Positions 10,091-20,345 of a stretch of 64,000 bases of DNA are shown in pieces (the stretch's first letter is position 1; each line of letters begins with the position of its first letter). The notes beneath the pieces were generated by a model. It ran no database searches and was not told the origin of the DNA. It worked only from the letters and a program-made list of their open reading frames with translations. The translations under genes and the position numbers were made by a program. Source of the DNA: Desulfatiglandales bacterium (GTDB lineage: Bacteria > Desulfobacterota > DSM-4660 > Desulfatiglandales > Desulfatiglandaceae); assembly GCA_963662465.1 (NCBI GenBank), contig OY759599.1, forward strand, positions 2,880,001 through 2,944,000. Direction: 5' to 3'.

Positions 10091-10771
10091 CTAATAATAA
10101 GAAGACTTCCTTTTCCGCTGCCGGCTTCCCATAACCAAACCAAAAACGAGCCCCACCAACAACACAACCGCGCCTGCAAGAAACCAACGGTTCCGCTGTG
10201 ATGATTTCAGCACAAGGTTTTCTTTCTGTAAAGTTTCCAGCGTTGATCGCGCTTCCTGCAACTCTTTCAAGGTTTTATCGTAGGTTTCCTGCAATTCCAA
10301 TACGGCGCCGGACGCTTTTTTCAAAGCATCATATTTTATCTTAACATCCCCGAGTGCATTTTCCGCTTTTTTCAGTTTTTCACTCATCAGCTCTTTCTCG
10401 CCGGATGAGGCCGACCACTCTTTTTCGATGTTGTCAGTTCTCTCCTTGAGACGAACATTTTCATCTTTCAACGCGGCCGCCTGAATCTTCCACGGAACAT
10501 CGCGGGTCAAAAAACTGCTGACGACCCATCCCTCATAATTGCCGGAACCGGTTCCCAGGAGACGAACACTGCTCCACCCGGACGAGGTCTTCTCAACAAC
10601 GTCCAGAGGCGTATCCTGAGAAAGCATGGTGATGATCTTATCTTTTGTACTCGGTCCCGCACGTAAGGTTATCTTTGAGGTATTCACAACATAAGCCTTT
10701 TCAGCCCAGCAACTGTGGGCTGAAAAAAGCACCCACAGACCCATAACCATAATGATCGCAATTTTCTTCAT
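10091..10771 (-). CDS. SH3-domain protein with coiled coil and C-terminal TM (TIGR04211-like)
   Basis: Signal peptide, ITLRAGPS...EGWV, coiled coil, WFLAGAVVLLVGL, basic tail. Confidence 0.8.
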   Translation of the reverse strand: MKKIAIIMVMGLWVLFSAHSCWAEKAYVVNTSKITLRAGPSTKDKIITMLSQDTPLDVVEKTSSGWSSVRLLGTGSGNYEGWVVSSFLTRDVPWKIQAAALKDENVRLKERTDNIEKEWSASSGEKELMSEKLKKAENALGDVKIKYDALKKASGAVLELQETYDKTLKELQEARSTLETLQKENLVLKSSQRNRWFLAGAVVLLVGLVFGLVMGSRQRKRKSSYY

Positions 10772-10824
10772 CAGGCTTTTCCCCTGTAAGCGTGAAGCTG
10801 GAAGAGGCTTTCCGCTTCCTTTCA

Positions 10825-11262
10825 TCACCTTTCACTCTTCACTTTTTCCACAACCCTGATATCCGTAATCATCGTTTTCGGATATTGACCCATGTCATCC
10901 TTTTCCAGATATTTCACCATATCCCAAATAGTATTCAGGGCAATGGATACGCCCACCAGGGCTTCCATTTCAACCCCCGTTCGCGCCCGGGACACAACAA
11001 TGCATTCCGCATCAACAACCCCTTGGCCCAGTTCGAAGGTCACCTGTACCATATCCAGCGGAATCTGATGGCAATGGGGAATCAAAAGCTGGGTCTGTTT
11101 TGCGGCATTCATGCCCGCAATTTCCGCCACCAGAAGCGGATCCCCCTTCTTGATCCGACCCTCTTGAATGTGCTTCAGGGTCTCAGAAGAAAGCCGTATT
11201 CTTCCCGCCGCCGTTGCCTGTCGCTTTACCACCGGTTTTTCACTGACATCGATCATACCCAT
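10825..11262 (-). CDS. moaC: Cyclic pyranopterin monophosphate synthase MoaC
   Basis: MIDVSEK, LIPHCHQI, TGVEMEAL, WDMVK. Confidence 0.95.
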   Translation of the reverse strand: MGMIDVSEKPVVKRQATAAGRIRLSSETLKHIQEGRIKKGDPLLVAEIAGMNAAKQTQLLIPHCHQIPLDMVQVTFELGQGVVDAECIVVSRARTGVEMEALVGVSIALNTIWDMVKYLEKDDMGQYPKTMITDIRVVEKVKSER

Positions 11263-11280
11263 AAAACAGACTCCTCCATT

Positions 11281-11634
11281 TTAAAACACTTCTTTTTTGC
11301 TAGACCCTTCTTTTTTAATCCGTTCCACAGCCTTTATGAGCGCGGGAAACACATGATCCCGAATATCGCCGCCCACCACCACGGCCATGATTTCGTCTCC
11401 TACGTTCAACTGCCCGTCGCAGGTATCAATCAGGACTTCAACAATTCCAGGCATGTCTTTAGTATCTTTTATAATGGCTTCAATAGCCTCCCGGTCAAAA
11501 CGGACGTTGATGCTTTTTACCAGCCCCCCGTGTAGGGAAGTCTCTCTTACAAGGCCCATGTGGGTAGCAATCATTCCCATCTTTGAACTGTCGGGATGCG
11601 CTTTTACAATTTTAAGCATTCGGTCGATATCCAT
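11281..11634 (-). CDS. moaE: Molybdopterin synthase large subunit MoaE-like
   Basis: GMIATHMGLVR, GQLNVGDEIMAVVVGGDIR, KKE; adjacent to moaC. Confidence 0.8.
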   Translation of the reverse strand: MDIDRMLKIVKAHPDSSKMGMIATHMGLVRETSLHGGLVKSINVRFDREAIEAIIKDTKDMPGIVEVLIDTCDGQLNVGDEIMAVVVGGDIRDHVFPALIKAVERIKKEGSSKKEVF

Positions 11635-11676
11635 TATTCGCTCCTCCTCAGGGCTCGGAAGAATCCCGGACGTCGA

Positions 11677-12993
11677 TCAACATGACCTGCTGCCGGTCAA
11701 CGTATCCACTTGGCGGGATTGTTCGCCCTCATCCAATGAAAAAAGTTTTCGCGTCGTGTCCAGATAGGCATCCAGCGTGGACCTGCCCGCTTTTCCTTTC
11801 AAAAACAGAATGGGGTCGTTGAGTACTTTTTCAACGATGGATCGGATCAAGACTTCAACGGCTTCCTGCTGAGCATCGGTAAGCTGCTCCAGAACCGAGC
11901 GGCTTTTGCCGAATTCAGCGTAAATAATAGCTTCCACTTTGTTTCTCAATGAAACGATGGTGGGAACCACTGCGAGGGTTTTCATCCATTTTTCAAACTT
12001 AACCACCTCTTCCCGAACAATACGGCGTGCTTTAACGGCTTCCTCCTGTCGCTGTGCTTTGTTGATTTCAATAACCCCCTTCAGGTCATCGATGTCGTAC
12101 AGGTAGACATTGTTCAAATCATTGACTTCCGGCTGCACATCCCTGGGAACCGCAATGTCGATCAGAAAGAGCGGGCGATTCCGTCTTTTCCTAAGGACTT
12201 TCTTGACCATTGCCCGGGTAATGATACATTCCGATGAAGCGGTGGACGACACAACAATGTCCGCCTTCAGAAGTTGTTCCTCAATTTCACCAAATGAGGC
12301 CGCCGATGCATGAAAACGTTCCGCCACATCCAGCGCTCGTTCAAAAGTCCGGTTTACCACAACCATAGAATCAACGCCGTTGGTCAAGAGATGCCGCGCC
12401 GCCAGTTCCGCCATTTCTCCAGCCCCAATGAGCAAAACGCTTTTCCCTTCAAGCTCATGAAAAATCTTTCGGGCCAATTCAACTGCGGCGTAACTGATGG
12501 AAACGGCGGATCCGCAGATATCCGTCTCGGACCTCACCCGTTTGGCCACATGAAAGGCCTTGTGCATGAGCCTGTTCAGGATAACCCCCGACATTTTTTC
12601 CCGGGTGGACTGTAAATAGGCCTCCTTGATCTGACCCAGGATCTGGGGTTCCCCAATGATCATGGAATCCAGACTGGACGCCACACTGAAAATATGCGTC
12701 ACCGCGTCCATGTTTTCATAGGTGTAAAGAGATGACGAAAAACCGTCCACCGGGATATTGCCGATTTTGGACAACAGGGAAACAACAGCCCGTTTTGCCT
12801 CTTCCACATCCAGAGCAACAAACAAAACTTCCACGCGATTGCACGTAGACAGGAAAAACCCTTCACGAACCACTTCCAGACTTCTCATGAGTCCAAGGGC
12901 CTTTTGTATGTTCCCGGATTCCACTGCCAGACATTCTCTCAATGCGACGGGCGCGGTTTCATGATTCAGACCGATATTGATAATTCTCGGCAT
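11677..12993 (-). CDS. hemA: Glutamyl-tRNA reductase
   Basis: STCNRVE, SSLDSMIIGEPQILGQIK, GAGEMA, DIAVPRD. Confidence 0.97.
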   Translation of the reverse strand: MPRIINIGLNHETAPVALRECLAVESGNIQKALGLMRSLEVVREGFFLSTCNRVEVLFVALDVEEAKRAVVSLLSKIGNIPVDGFSSSLYTYENMDAVTHIFSVASSLDSMIIGEPQILGQIKEAYLQSTREKMSGVILNRLMHKAFHVAKRVRSETDICGSAVSISYAAVELARKIFHELEGKSVLLIGAGEMAELAARHLLTNGVDSMVVVNRTFERALDVAERFHASAASFGEIEEQLLKADIVVSSTASSECIITRAMVKKVLRKRRNRPLFLIDIAVPRDVQPEVNDLNNVYLYDIDDLKGVIEINKAQRQEEAVKARRIVREEVVKFEKWMKTLAVVPTIVSLRNKVEAIIYAEFGKSRSVLEQLTDAQQEAVEVLIRSIVEKVLNDPILFLKGKAGRSTLDAYLDTTRKLFSLDEGEQSRQVDTLTGSRSC

Positions 12994-12998
12994 TCTTT

Positions 12999-13838
12999 TC
13001 AGCGCCCCCCCATATTGCCGAAACTATGATATCCACCCATGAGGAGACTGACACCCAGAAAAGTGAAAATCAACAGGGAAAAACAAACAATGGACATGAT
13101 CGCCGCTTTTCGGCCCTGCCAGCCGACGGCCAACCGTTCATGAATCAGCGCGGCATAGAACAACCACGAGATCAGGGACCATACTTCTTTGGGATCCCAC
13201 TGCCAATAGACACCCAACGCGAACTGGGCATAAATGGACCCGACGATCATGCCCACCGTCAAGAACGGAAAACCGTACAGAATGGCATAATGATTGATAT
13301 TATCAAGGGTGGCCAGCGATGGCAACCGGCCATAGAATGTATCAAAACGCTTTCGTTTGATCTGACGTTCCTGGATCAAGTACATGATGGCGGCAAGGCA
13401 TGAAATGGCCAGAAGGGCATTGCCCACAAACACGGTCCCCACATGCAGGGTCAGCCAGAGGCTCTTGAAAATAGGTTTAACGGGTGTTTCAGCGACGGGG
13501 ACGGCCGATGAAATAACCATGAAAAAAGCGGCCAGCGGAGCCACAAAGGATCCCAGCACCCTCAATTTAAAGCGGGCCTGAATCACCAGGTATACGCCGA
13601 TAATAGACCACGAAAAGAATGAAAGAGCGGATTTTAGATCAAGAACGGGTGCTGCTCCCAACCGATAGTACCGGCAACCCAGAAATAGGGTATGGAAAGC
13701 AAATCCCACGACTAAAAGCCAATAAGAGAGTTTGAATATCCATTTTTGCTGCTTGACAATAAAAACGATAAACCCGGCCGTCGCGATCAATTCGAAACAG
13801 AGGGCAAGTATAAACCCCATGGATGTTATCGATTCCAT
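12999..13838 (-). CDS. ccsA: Cytochrome c biogenesis CcsA/CcsB (HemX-like) protein
   Basis: Multi-TM; WWD-type motif YWQWDPKEVWSLISW. Confidence 0.85.
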   Translation of the reverse strand: MESITSMGFILALCFELIATAGFIVFIVKQQKWIFKLSYWLLVVGFAFHTLFLGCRYYRLGAAPVLDLKSALSFFSWSIIGVYLVIQARFKLRVLGSFVAPLAAFFMVISSAVPVAETPVKPIFKSLWLTLHVGTVFVGNALLAISCLAAIMYLIQERQIKRKRFDTFYGRLPSLATLDNINHYAILYGFPFLTVGMIVGSIYAQFALGVYWQWDPKEVWSLISWLFYAALIHERLAVGWQGRKAAIMSIVCFSLLIFTFLGVSLLMGGYHSFGNMGGR

Positions 13839-14485
13839 AATTTCTTGAGGTTTACCTGTTCGGGAAGGATTTTTTTCAGCTGTTCTTCCATTCGTTTGGA
13901 AAACCCTTCGGAAAAATTTTCAAAGAGATCCGCATCCACAATTTTCTGAAAAATCAAGGCATTTTCTTTCTGTGAAAGTCCCAACCGCAGGACTTCTTTT
14001 CGCAACCGACCCATCATGGCAAGAATGCCCTCATATTCATGGCCGAATTGCGCTTCAAGGCTTTTTCTAATCTTCCGGGCCAGCGCCGGGCTTTTCCCGG
14101 AGGTGGAAATGGCGATCAAAAGGTCCCCCCGCTTAAGAATGGACGGGACAATGAAATCACAATCAGGCGGTTGATCAACGGCATTGACCAGAACACCCTT
14201 TTTTCTGGCGCACGCACTGATCCGGTGATTCAAATCCTTATCATCCGTCGCCGCAACAATTATGAAGGCGCGATCCAGAAATTCATCCTTGAATTCCCTT
14301 CCCAGGAAATGAATCGCTCCGTTTTCAAGCAGTTGTTCCAGTTCAGGGACCAGCGCTCTTCCGGCCAAATGAATGTCGGCGCCGCACTCCAAAAGCGCCA
14401 GCACTTTTCGGTACGCCACATTGCCCCCGCCCACCACCACTACTTTTTTGTCTTCAAGCTGAATAAAAACCGGATAAAAACTCAT
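13826..14485 (-). CDS. sirC: Precorrin-2 dehydrogenase/sirohydrochlorin ferrochelatase (CysG N-terminal/SirC)
   Basis: GGGNVAYRK, VNAVDQPPDCDFIVP, ISTSGKSPALA. Confidence 0.88.
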   Translation of the reverse strand: MSFYPVFIQLEDKKVVVVGGGNVAYRKVLALLECGADIHLAGRALVPELEQLLENGAIHFLGREFKDEFLDRAFIIVAATDDKDLNHRISACARKKGVLVNAVDQPPDCDFIVPSILKRGDLLIAISTSGKSPALARKIRKSLEAQFGHEYEGILAMMGRLRKEVLRLGLSQKENALIFQKIVDADLFENFSEGFSKRMEEQLKKILPEQVNLKKLWNR

Positions 14486-14584
14486 GTTGCACCCTTATGC
14501 TGTCATTTCCCAAAGAATTTGATATAGCACCTATGGACCGCTCTTTCAAGGGCCATAAGAATTTTTGCCGGTTCCGACGATTTT

Positions 14585-15085
14585 TCAGAGAATTACCGAC
14601 TCCCTGAAACCGAACCGCAGGCTGTTATCGAGATAGTAAACAAGGGTAGGATTGAATTTATAAAGCCTGACCCGAAACCGTTCGGTAAAGGCTTCCAGAT
14701 TCAAGGCGCCGCCGGACGAAAAAAAATCTTTCGTGAATTGAAATTTTTTAAGGTAAACGCCGATGGCCTCCACGGATTCGAGTCCCATGGAAATCGTGGC
14801 GATGGAACCGGTCATCTGAATGCCCCGGATCTCCCGCCAGCCGGCGGCATTGCCATGAATCGCCCCCGAGGCCTGTCCGCTTTCCAAGGCTTCGACTATA
14901 TGGCGAGAGGCAGGATCCGAAAAAAAATAAAAGCCCGACCTGGTAAAAACATAGTAAACCGGCGCTGCCCAGGCAACATTCTCCCGGCAGGTCGCCAGGG
15001 TCATGGTACTCTGTTCGCGAATAAGGTCTTTCGCCATTTTCAACAGGCGTTGAGGCGAGGGTTCTTCGGGTTTCCCCTCAGGCAT
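14585..15085 (-). CDS. Pyridoxamine 5'-phosphate oxidase-like FMN-binding protein
   Basis: TMTLAT...WAAPVYY...SRH...IRGIQMTG...YLDNSLRFG. Confidence 0.75.
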   Translation of the reverse strand: MPEGKPEEPSPQRLLKMAKDLIREQSTMTLATCRENVAWAAPVYYVFTRSGFYFFSDPASRHIVEALESGQASGAIHGNAAGWREIRGIQMTGSIATISMGLESVEAIGVYLKKFQFTKDFFSSGGALNLEAFTERFRVRLYKFNPTLVYYLDNSLRFGFRESVIL

Positions 15086-15094
15086 GAAGTCCTC

Positions 15095-16087
15095 CTATTT
15101 GCAATATCCGTTATGTCGAAACCAGTTTACAGCGTCCACCAAACCTTCCCTGACGGGACGGGGACGATAGCCGAGAACCTGTTTCGCCTTTCCGGAAGAA
15201 AAAAACATATATTTTCTAGCCATCTTTACACCGTTAAGGGTGACCCAGGGCTCTCTGCCGCCGGCGATCTTTGCACAACCTTCAGAAACACAGGCCATCA
15301 CCGCCGCCGCTGAATGGGGAATGCGAATGCGGGGCGACGCATGTCCGGCAATGCTCGCCAGTGAATCCAGAATTTCCTTGAGATGCATGTTTTCCCCACC
15401 CAGGATATAACGTTCTCCGATTTCCCCCCGCTCAAGGGCCAGCATATGCCCCGTGGCCACATCGTTAACGTGAACCACATTGAGCCCCGTGTTCACATAG
15501 GCCGGCATCCGCCCTGAAATAGCATCCAGAATAATGCGGCCCGTGGCGGTGGGTTTGATGTCGCGCGGGCCCACCGGGGTGGAAGGGCTGACGATGACCG
15601 CTGGAAGATCACATTCCCGAACGAGCCGTTGCACCATATTTTCAGCGATAAATTTTGACCGTTTGTAGTGGCCGATCATGTTTTCAAAACGACCGTTGGA
15701 AACCTCGTTGCAGCTGTTCCCATTGGAAGACGGCGCCAGGGTAGCAACACTGCTGGTGTAAACAACCCGCTCGACACCGCTTCTCACGGCCTCAAACATG
15801 ACATTGCGTGTTCCTTGAACATTGTTCCGGTACATGGTTTCGGGGTCCGGGACCCATAAACGGTAATCAGCCGCCACATGAAACAGGAACTTACACCCAT
15901 TCATAGCCTTCTTTACGGAAAAGGCATCCGTCAAGTCCCCCCGCGCCACTTCAACGGGCATACCCTCCAAATTGCTGAGATTGCTGGATGAACGCACCAG
16001 GACCCTGATGTCATGTCCCGCATCGATCAAACAACGAACCACCGCGGAACCCACAAACCCGGCGGCGCCGGTAACCAGTGTTGTCAT
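15095..16087 (-). CDS. hpnA: NAD-dependent epimerase/dehydratase, HpnA-like
   Basis: GAAGFVG, FHVAADYRLWVPDP, YKRSK, PSTPVGPRDIKPT. Confidence 0.8.
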   Translation of the reverse strand: MTTLVTGAAGFVGSAVVRCLIDAGHDIRVLVRSSSNLSNLEGMPVEVARGDLTDAFSVKKAMNGCKFLFHVAADYRLWVPDPETMYRNNVQGTRNVMFEAVRSGVERVVYTSSVATLAPSSNGNSCNEVSNGRFENMIGHYKRSKFIAENMVQRLVRECDLPAVIVSPSTPVGPRDIKPTATGRIILDAISGRMPAYVNTGLNVVHVNDVATGHMLALERGEIGERYILGGENMHLKEILDSLASIAGHASPRIRIPHSAAAVMACVSEGCAKIAGGREPWVTLNGVKMARKYMFFSSGKAKQVLGYRPRPVREGLVDAVNWFRHNGYCK

Positions 16088-16510
16088 TTTTCTTAATCCA
16101 GCCTCCCATTTTCCATCAACGATCGAACCGTAGATCGCCGACCTGCCTCACATACCCGCTTTTAATGATTTTTTTGAGGGTATAATGTTCCACCCTCCCT
16201 CGTCAACTTTTTTGTGCCCCCCCCCCAACCCGGTTTGAAAACCGGAAACTTTGCAAGAATCCGATTTGTTTATGAGGAAACGGGCACTGAAAACAGGAAT
16301 CGTTTCCAGAGGAAAGCCGACAGCGAAAAATACTTTGCACGCATACCAGTGGGAATTGGAAAGGTTTACCAAGCTACGGGAAGAACGTAAGAAAGAGATT
16401 CGGAGATTGGCGCAAACCATTAGCGGTTGGCAAACTGTCAGGTGATTATACCGCTTGGCGGGAACACCAAAACCGGGTTCAGAAATGGGACCGGGTTTTT
16501 TGTGGGGGAC

Positions 16511-16786
16511 CTATAGAAGCTTAACCAGGGTAGCCACAATAGCAGCCTGGGCAACCAGCATACCGGCAACCCATTTGATGATTTCGGACTTTACGGAAGC
16601 AAGGCCACGTTCAAGGTCGTTTTTCATGGTCAGTTCAAGCTCTTTGAGATCCTGTTTTGTGGCCAAACGTTCTTCTATAATTTCAGCGAAGGTTTCAGCC
16701 TGAACTTCAGCCTGTTCTTCAGTGAATCCGACGGATTTTAGTCTCTTGATATAAGCATGAGTGTCAAATGTGATGGTGGTGCCCAT
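16511..16786 (-). CDS. DUF1640/CCDC90-like coiled-coil protein
   Basis: FDTHAYIKRLKSVGFTEEQAE...LATKQDL...IIKWVAGML. Confidence 0.8.
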   Translation of the reverse strand: MGTTITFDTHAYIKRLKSVGFTEEQAEVQAETFAEIIEERLATKQDLKELELTMKNDLERGLASVKSEIIKWVAGMLVAQAAIVATLVKLL

Positions 16787-16930
16787 GTCAAATTTCCCTT
16801 TTCTTAAACGCATGATTCCATGTTATCATGAGACAATATCATAAACAATCTTTTTTTCTTCCCAGGAGGCGGTATCCATGGGAATTTTGGCACAGTGTTC
16901 AAAATGTTACCTTGATCGAAAACGCCCACC

Positions 16931-16966
16931 AATAAAAAAACCGGAAGCTCTATAAGCATCCGGTTT
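16931..16966 (-). terminator. Hairpin + U-tract downstream of tRNA-His
   Basis: Imperfect stem AAACCGGA/TCCGGTTT followed on the minus strand by a T-run. Confidence 0.5.
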
Positions 16967-16979
16967 GTTTATTCTTTTC

Positions 16980-17056
16980 TGGGGTGGATGATGGGACTTG
17001 AACCCACGACCACTGAGGCCACAACCCAGTGCTCTACCAACTGAGCTACATCCACC
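16980..17056 (-). tRNA. tRNA-His (GTG)
   Basis: Reverse complement GGTGGATGTAGCTCAGTTGGTAGAGCACTGGGTTGTGGCCTCAGTGGTCGTGGGTTCAAGTCCCATCATCCACCCCA: cloverleaf, GTG anticodon, G-1, encoded CCA. Confidence 0.97.
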
Positions 17057-17165
17057 AAAACAATCCTGTGAAGATAACATGCGTTATCCTGTTTTGCAAG
17101 CATATTTATCCATAAATTTTCATTTTCCAGAAAACCGATAAAGCGGAAGGAGAAAAAAGAAGTGT

Positions 17166-17194
17166 TTGACGCTCCAAAAAAACTTCCTTATATT
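17166..17194 (+). promoter_or_regulatory. Putative sigma70 promoter upstream of selA
   Basis: TTGACG-17 nt-TATATT. Confidence 0.5.
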
Positions 17195-17310
17195 AGGATC
17201 GCCATGAACATCGGGCGTTCAACTTCGCATGAAGAATAAACGTTAACGTTAGCCCCCTTTTTCGATTTACCAAGGTTCGGCTAATATAACCATTAAGGAA
17301 TCAGATAACC

Positions 17311-18729
17311 ATGTCAGACCACCTGCAAGCGCTGTTCAGAAAAATCCCCTCCGTGGACCTGCTGTTGGCCCATCCTCAAGTGGAAGAACGCCTCCTCACC
17401 CAACCCAGGGGACTGGTCATGAGAGCCATCCATGACGTTCTGGCGGCACTCCGCACGAATATTCAAAACGGGGAGATAACAGATGCGGCCCCCGAAACGG
17501 ACAGGGAGATCATCGTTCAACAGGTGATGGCGCAGCTTGCCGTGCTGTCCATGCCCAGCCTCAGGAACGTGGTCAATGCCACTGGGGTGGTGGTCCACAC
17601 CAACCTGGGACGGTCCCTTCTGGCAGAGAGGGTTCTGGCAAAATTCACACCCCTTGCCGGCGGCTACAGCAATCTGGAGTATTCCCTTGATCAGGGGAAT
17701 CGAGGAAGCCGGTACACCCATGTGGAATACCTGCTCCGGGAACTCACCGGCGCTGAAGCCGGCATGGTGGTCAATAACAACGCCGCCGCCGTCCTGCTAT
17801 CTCTGGAAACCCTTGCCAAGGGCAAAGAGGTGGTCGTCTCCCGGGGCCAGTTGGTGGAGATCGGCGGCGCCTTTCGCATTCCCGATGTTATGCGGAAAAG
17901 CGGCGCAAAAATGGTAGAAGTGGGGACTACCAACAAAACCCACCTGAAAGATTATGAGGCGGCCATCGGTCCCGATACCGCCCTGCTCCTGAAAGTGCAT
18001 ACCAGCAATTTCCAGATTGTGGGCTTTACGGAAGAAGTGCCCCTTTCAGAATTGGTGAAACTGGGCCTGAAACACGGCATTCCGGTAATGGACGACCTGG
18101 GCAGCGGTTGCCTGCTGGATTTTTCCCAATATGACATGATTCATGAGCCCACGGTTCAAGAAGCACTGGAACAAGGGGTCGGCGTGGTCACGTTCTCAGG
18201 AGATAAACTTCTGGGAGGTCCCCAGGCGGGAATTATTCTGGGTCAAAAAAACCTGGTTGCGGCCATCCGGGAAAATCAGTTAAACCGAGCCCTCAGGATC
18301 GATAAACTGACGTTGTTGGCGTTGGAGGAAACACTGCGAATATACCGGGATCCGCGAACAGCCGTAAAGGACATTCCCACCTTGCGCATGATCTGTTGTC
18401 CCTACGAATCCCTTGTGGAAGACGCAGAACGGCTTTATGAACTGGTTCAGGATATAAAGACTGAAAATTTTACCATTGAACAGTCCGACGGTTTCTCAAA
18501 AGTGGGCGGCGGCGCCTTGCCCTTACAGCAATTGAAAACCCGTCTGTTGTGTCTGATTCCCGTAAGGCTTTCCGCGCAGCATATGGAAAACCAGCTCAGG
18601 CGCAACGCCCCCCCGATCATTGGAAGAGTTGAAAAGGACAGACTTGTGCTGGATGTAAGGACCATCCAGGAAACGGAATATCAAACAGTCGCACAAGCGA
18701 TCAAGGTCCTTGGCGACTTAAACCTGTAA
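17311..18729 (+). CDS. selA: L-seryl-tRNA(Sec) selenium transferase
   Basis: NATGVVVHTNLGRS, SRGQLVEIGG, FSGDKLLGGPQAG. Confidence 0.97.
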   Translation: MSDHLQALFRKIPSVDLLLAHPQVEERLLTQPRGLVMRAIHDVLAALRTNIQNGEITDAAPETDREIIVQQVMAQLAVLSMPSLRNVVNATGVVVHTNLGRSLLAERVLAKFTPLAGGYSNLEYSLDQGNRGSRYTHVEYLLRELTGAEAGMVVNNNAAAVLLSLETLAKGKEVVVSRGQLVEIGGAFRIPDVMRKSGAKMVEVGTTNKTHLKDYEAAIGPDTALLLKVHTSNFQIVGFTEEVPLSELVKLGLKHGIPVMDDLGSGCLLDFSQYDMIHEPTVQEALEQGVGVVTFSGDKLLGGPQAGIILGQKNLVAAIRENQLNRALRIDKLTLLALEETLRIYRDPRTAVKDIPTLRMICCPYESLVEDAERLYELVQDIKTENFTIEQSDGFSKVGGGALPLQQLKTRLLCLIPVRLSAQHMENQLRRNAPPIIGRVEKDRLVLDVRTIQETEYQTVAQAIKVLGDLNL

Positions 18730-18767
18730 ACAGGAGATCCTTATTATATTAAGGGACGTTGTCATCA

Positions 18768-19352
18768 ATGGAAAAAATAATTAAGCAAATTCTTTCACAA
18801 TCCCAAACCGTCGTCCCGGCTTTCATCCAAACCCATACGACCCATCTCATTACGCTTTCCGAGAAAATCGCATCGACTTTTTTAAAGGATGGGAAACTGC
18901 TCATCTGCGGGAACGGCGGAAGCGCGGCGGACGCACAGCATATGGCAGCGGAATTCGTAAACCGTTTTCAGCTTGAGCGCCCTCCCCTGCCGGCCATGGC
19001 TTTGACAACCGACACCTCAGTGATTACCAGTATCGGAAATGACTATTCTTTTGAGGAAGTCTTTTCCAAACAGGTGAAAGCCTTGGGGATGGAAGGGGAT
19101 ATACTGCTCGCCATCAGCACCAGCGGCGATTCAAAAAATGTTCTGCTGGCCGTGGAGACCGCACGGAACCAGGGGCTCTACACCGCCGGACTCCTGGGAA
19201 AAGATGGCGGAAAATTGCGGAAGATGGTCGATATGCCCCTGATTGTCGCCTGCGATGTCACAGCCCGTATTCAGGAAGCCCATATTCTGGCGGAACATGT
19301 GATCTGTCACCTGGTGGATTACATCCTGTTTCAAAAACACCTGGAGGAATAA
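18768..19352 (+). CDS. gmhA: Phosphoheptose isomerase
   Basis: CGNGGSAADAQH, ISTSG, RIQEAH. Confidence 0.95.
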   Translation: MEKIIKQILSQSQTVVPAFIQTHTTHLITLSEKIASTFLKDGKLLICGNGGSAADAQHMAAEFVNRFQLERPPLPAMALTTDTSVITSIGNDYSFEEVFSKQVKALGMEGDILLAISTSGDSKNVLLAVETARNQGLYTAGLLGKDGGKLRKMVDMPLIVACDVTARIQEAHILAEHVICHLVDYILFQKHLEE

Positions 19353-19364
19353 GGCGACAAGCCC

Positions 19365-20333
19365 ATGACAAAAACCACACCCCTTTCATTTGATCATATC
19401 CAATCATATCCGCTGAGAGATCGAAACAGCAAAGTGGACGTGAATGATTTCGCCCGGCCCTGGTCTCCCGGCGATTCCATGGGCGAATGGCTCAAAAAAT
19501 TGCCCAACATCCTGGCCGCCAAGGACTTGCTAACAATTCGAGACCGCATGCTGAAGGCCTTTTTCAAACAAAAAAAGATCATCCTCGCCATGGGCGCACA
19601 CGCCATCAAAGTGGGGCTCAACCCCGTCATCATTGACTTGTTGGAACGAGGCGTCATCAGTGGGTTGGCCATGAACGGCGCCTGCATTATCCATGATGCC
19701 GAACTGGCCATGGCCGGAAAAACATCGGAGGACGTGGCGGCGGAAATTGGCAAGGGAACCTTCGGCATGGCGGAAGAAACCGGTCGTTACCTGAACCTGG
19801 CCATTGCCGAAGGCGCCGAAGAGGAACTGGGGCTGGGAGAATCAGTGGGCAGTATGCTGGTCAAGGAAAAATTCCCCTTTAACCATCACAGCCTTCTGGC
19901 GCGGGCTTATGAACTGGATATTCCCGTAACCGTTCACGTGGCAGTGGGAACGGATATCATCCATTTTCATCCCCTGGCCAATGGGGCGAACATCGGCAAA
20001 ACCTCCCACCTGGATTTTCGCATTTTCTGCCGCCTTGTTTCGGAACTTGAAGAGGGGGTCCTCATCAACCTGGGGTCGGCGGTGATCCTGCCCGAGGTAT
20101 TCCTCAAGGCCCTGAGTGTAGCACGCAACCTGGGACACAGCGTTAAAAACATCACCACCGTCAATATGGATTTTATCCGGCAATACCGCCCCATGACCAA
20201 CGTGGTTCACCGGCCCACCCTGGATGGTGGGAAGGGGTTCAGCCTGGTGGGGCATCATGAAATCATGTTTCCATTGCTGGCCGCGGCGGTGATCGAAGGG
20301 ATAGAAGAGAAGAAGTTGAGAAGATCAGAGTGA
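19365..20333 (+). CDS. Conserved hypothetical protein, possible deoxyhypusine-synthase-like fold
   Basis: GAHAIKVG, MNGACIIHD, GTDIIH, GSAVILPEVFLKA, GHHEIMFPLL; fold assignment is from memory. Confidence 0.55.
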   Translation: MTKTTPLSFDHIQSYPLRDRNSKVDVNDFARPWSPGDSMGEWLKKLPNILAAKDLLTIRDRMLKAFFKQKKIILAMGAHAIKVGLNPVIIDLLERGVISGLAMNGACIIHDAELAMAGKTSEDVAAEIGKGTFGMAEETGRYLNLAIAEGAEEELGLGESVGSMLVKEKFPFNHHSLLARAYELDIPVTVHVAVGTDIIHFHPLANGANIGKTSHLDFRIFCRLVSELEEGVLINLGSAVILPEVFLKALSVARNLGHSVKNITTVNMDFIRQYRPMTNVVHRPTLDGGKGFSLVGHHEIMFPLLAAAVIEGIEEKKLRRSE

Positions 20334-20345
20334 AGGAGGTGTTAC

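Noticed and set aside
15095..16087. Hopanoid gene cluster around the hpnA-like gene
   Set aside because: No shc or other hpn genes in the window.
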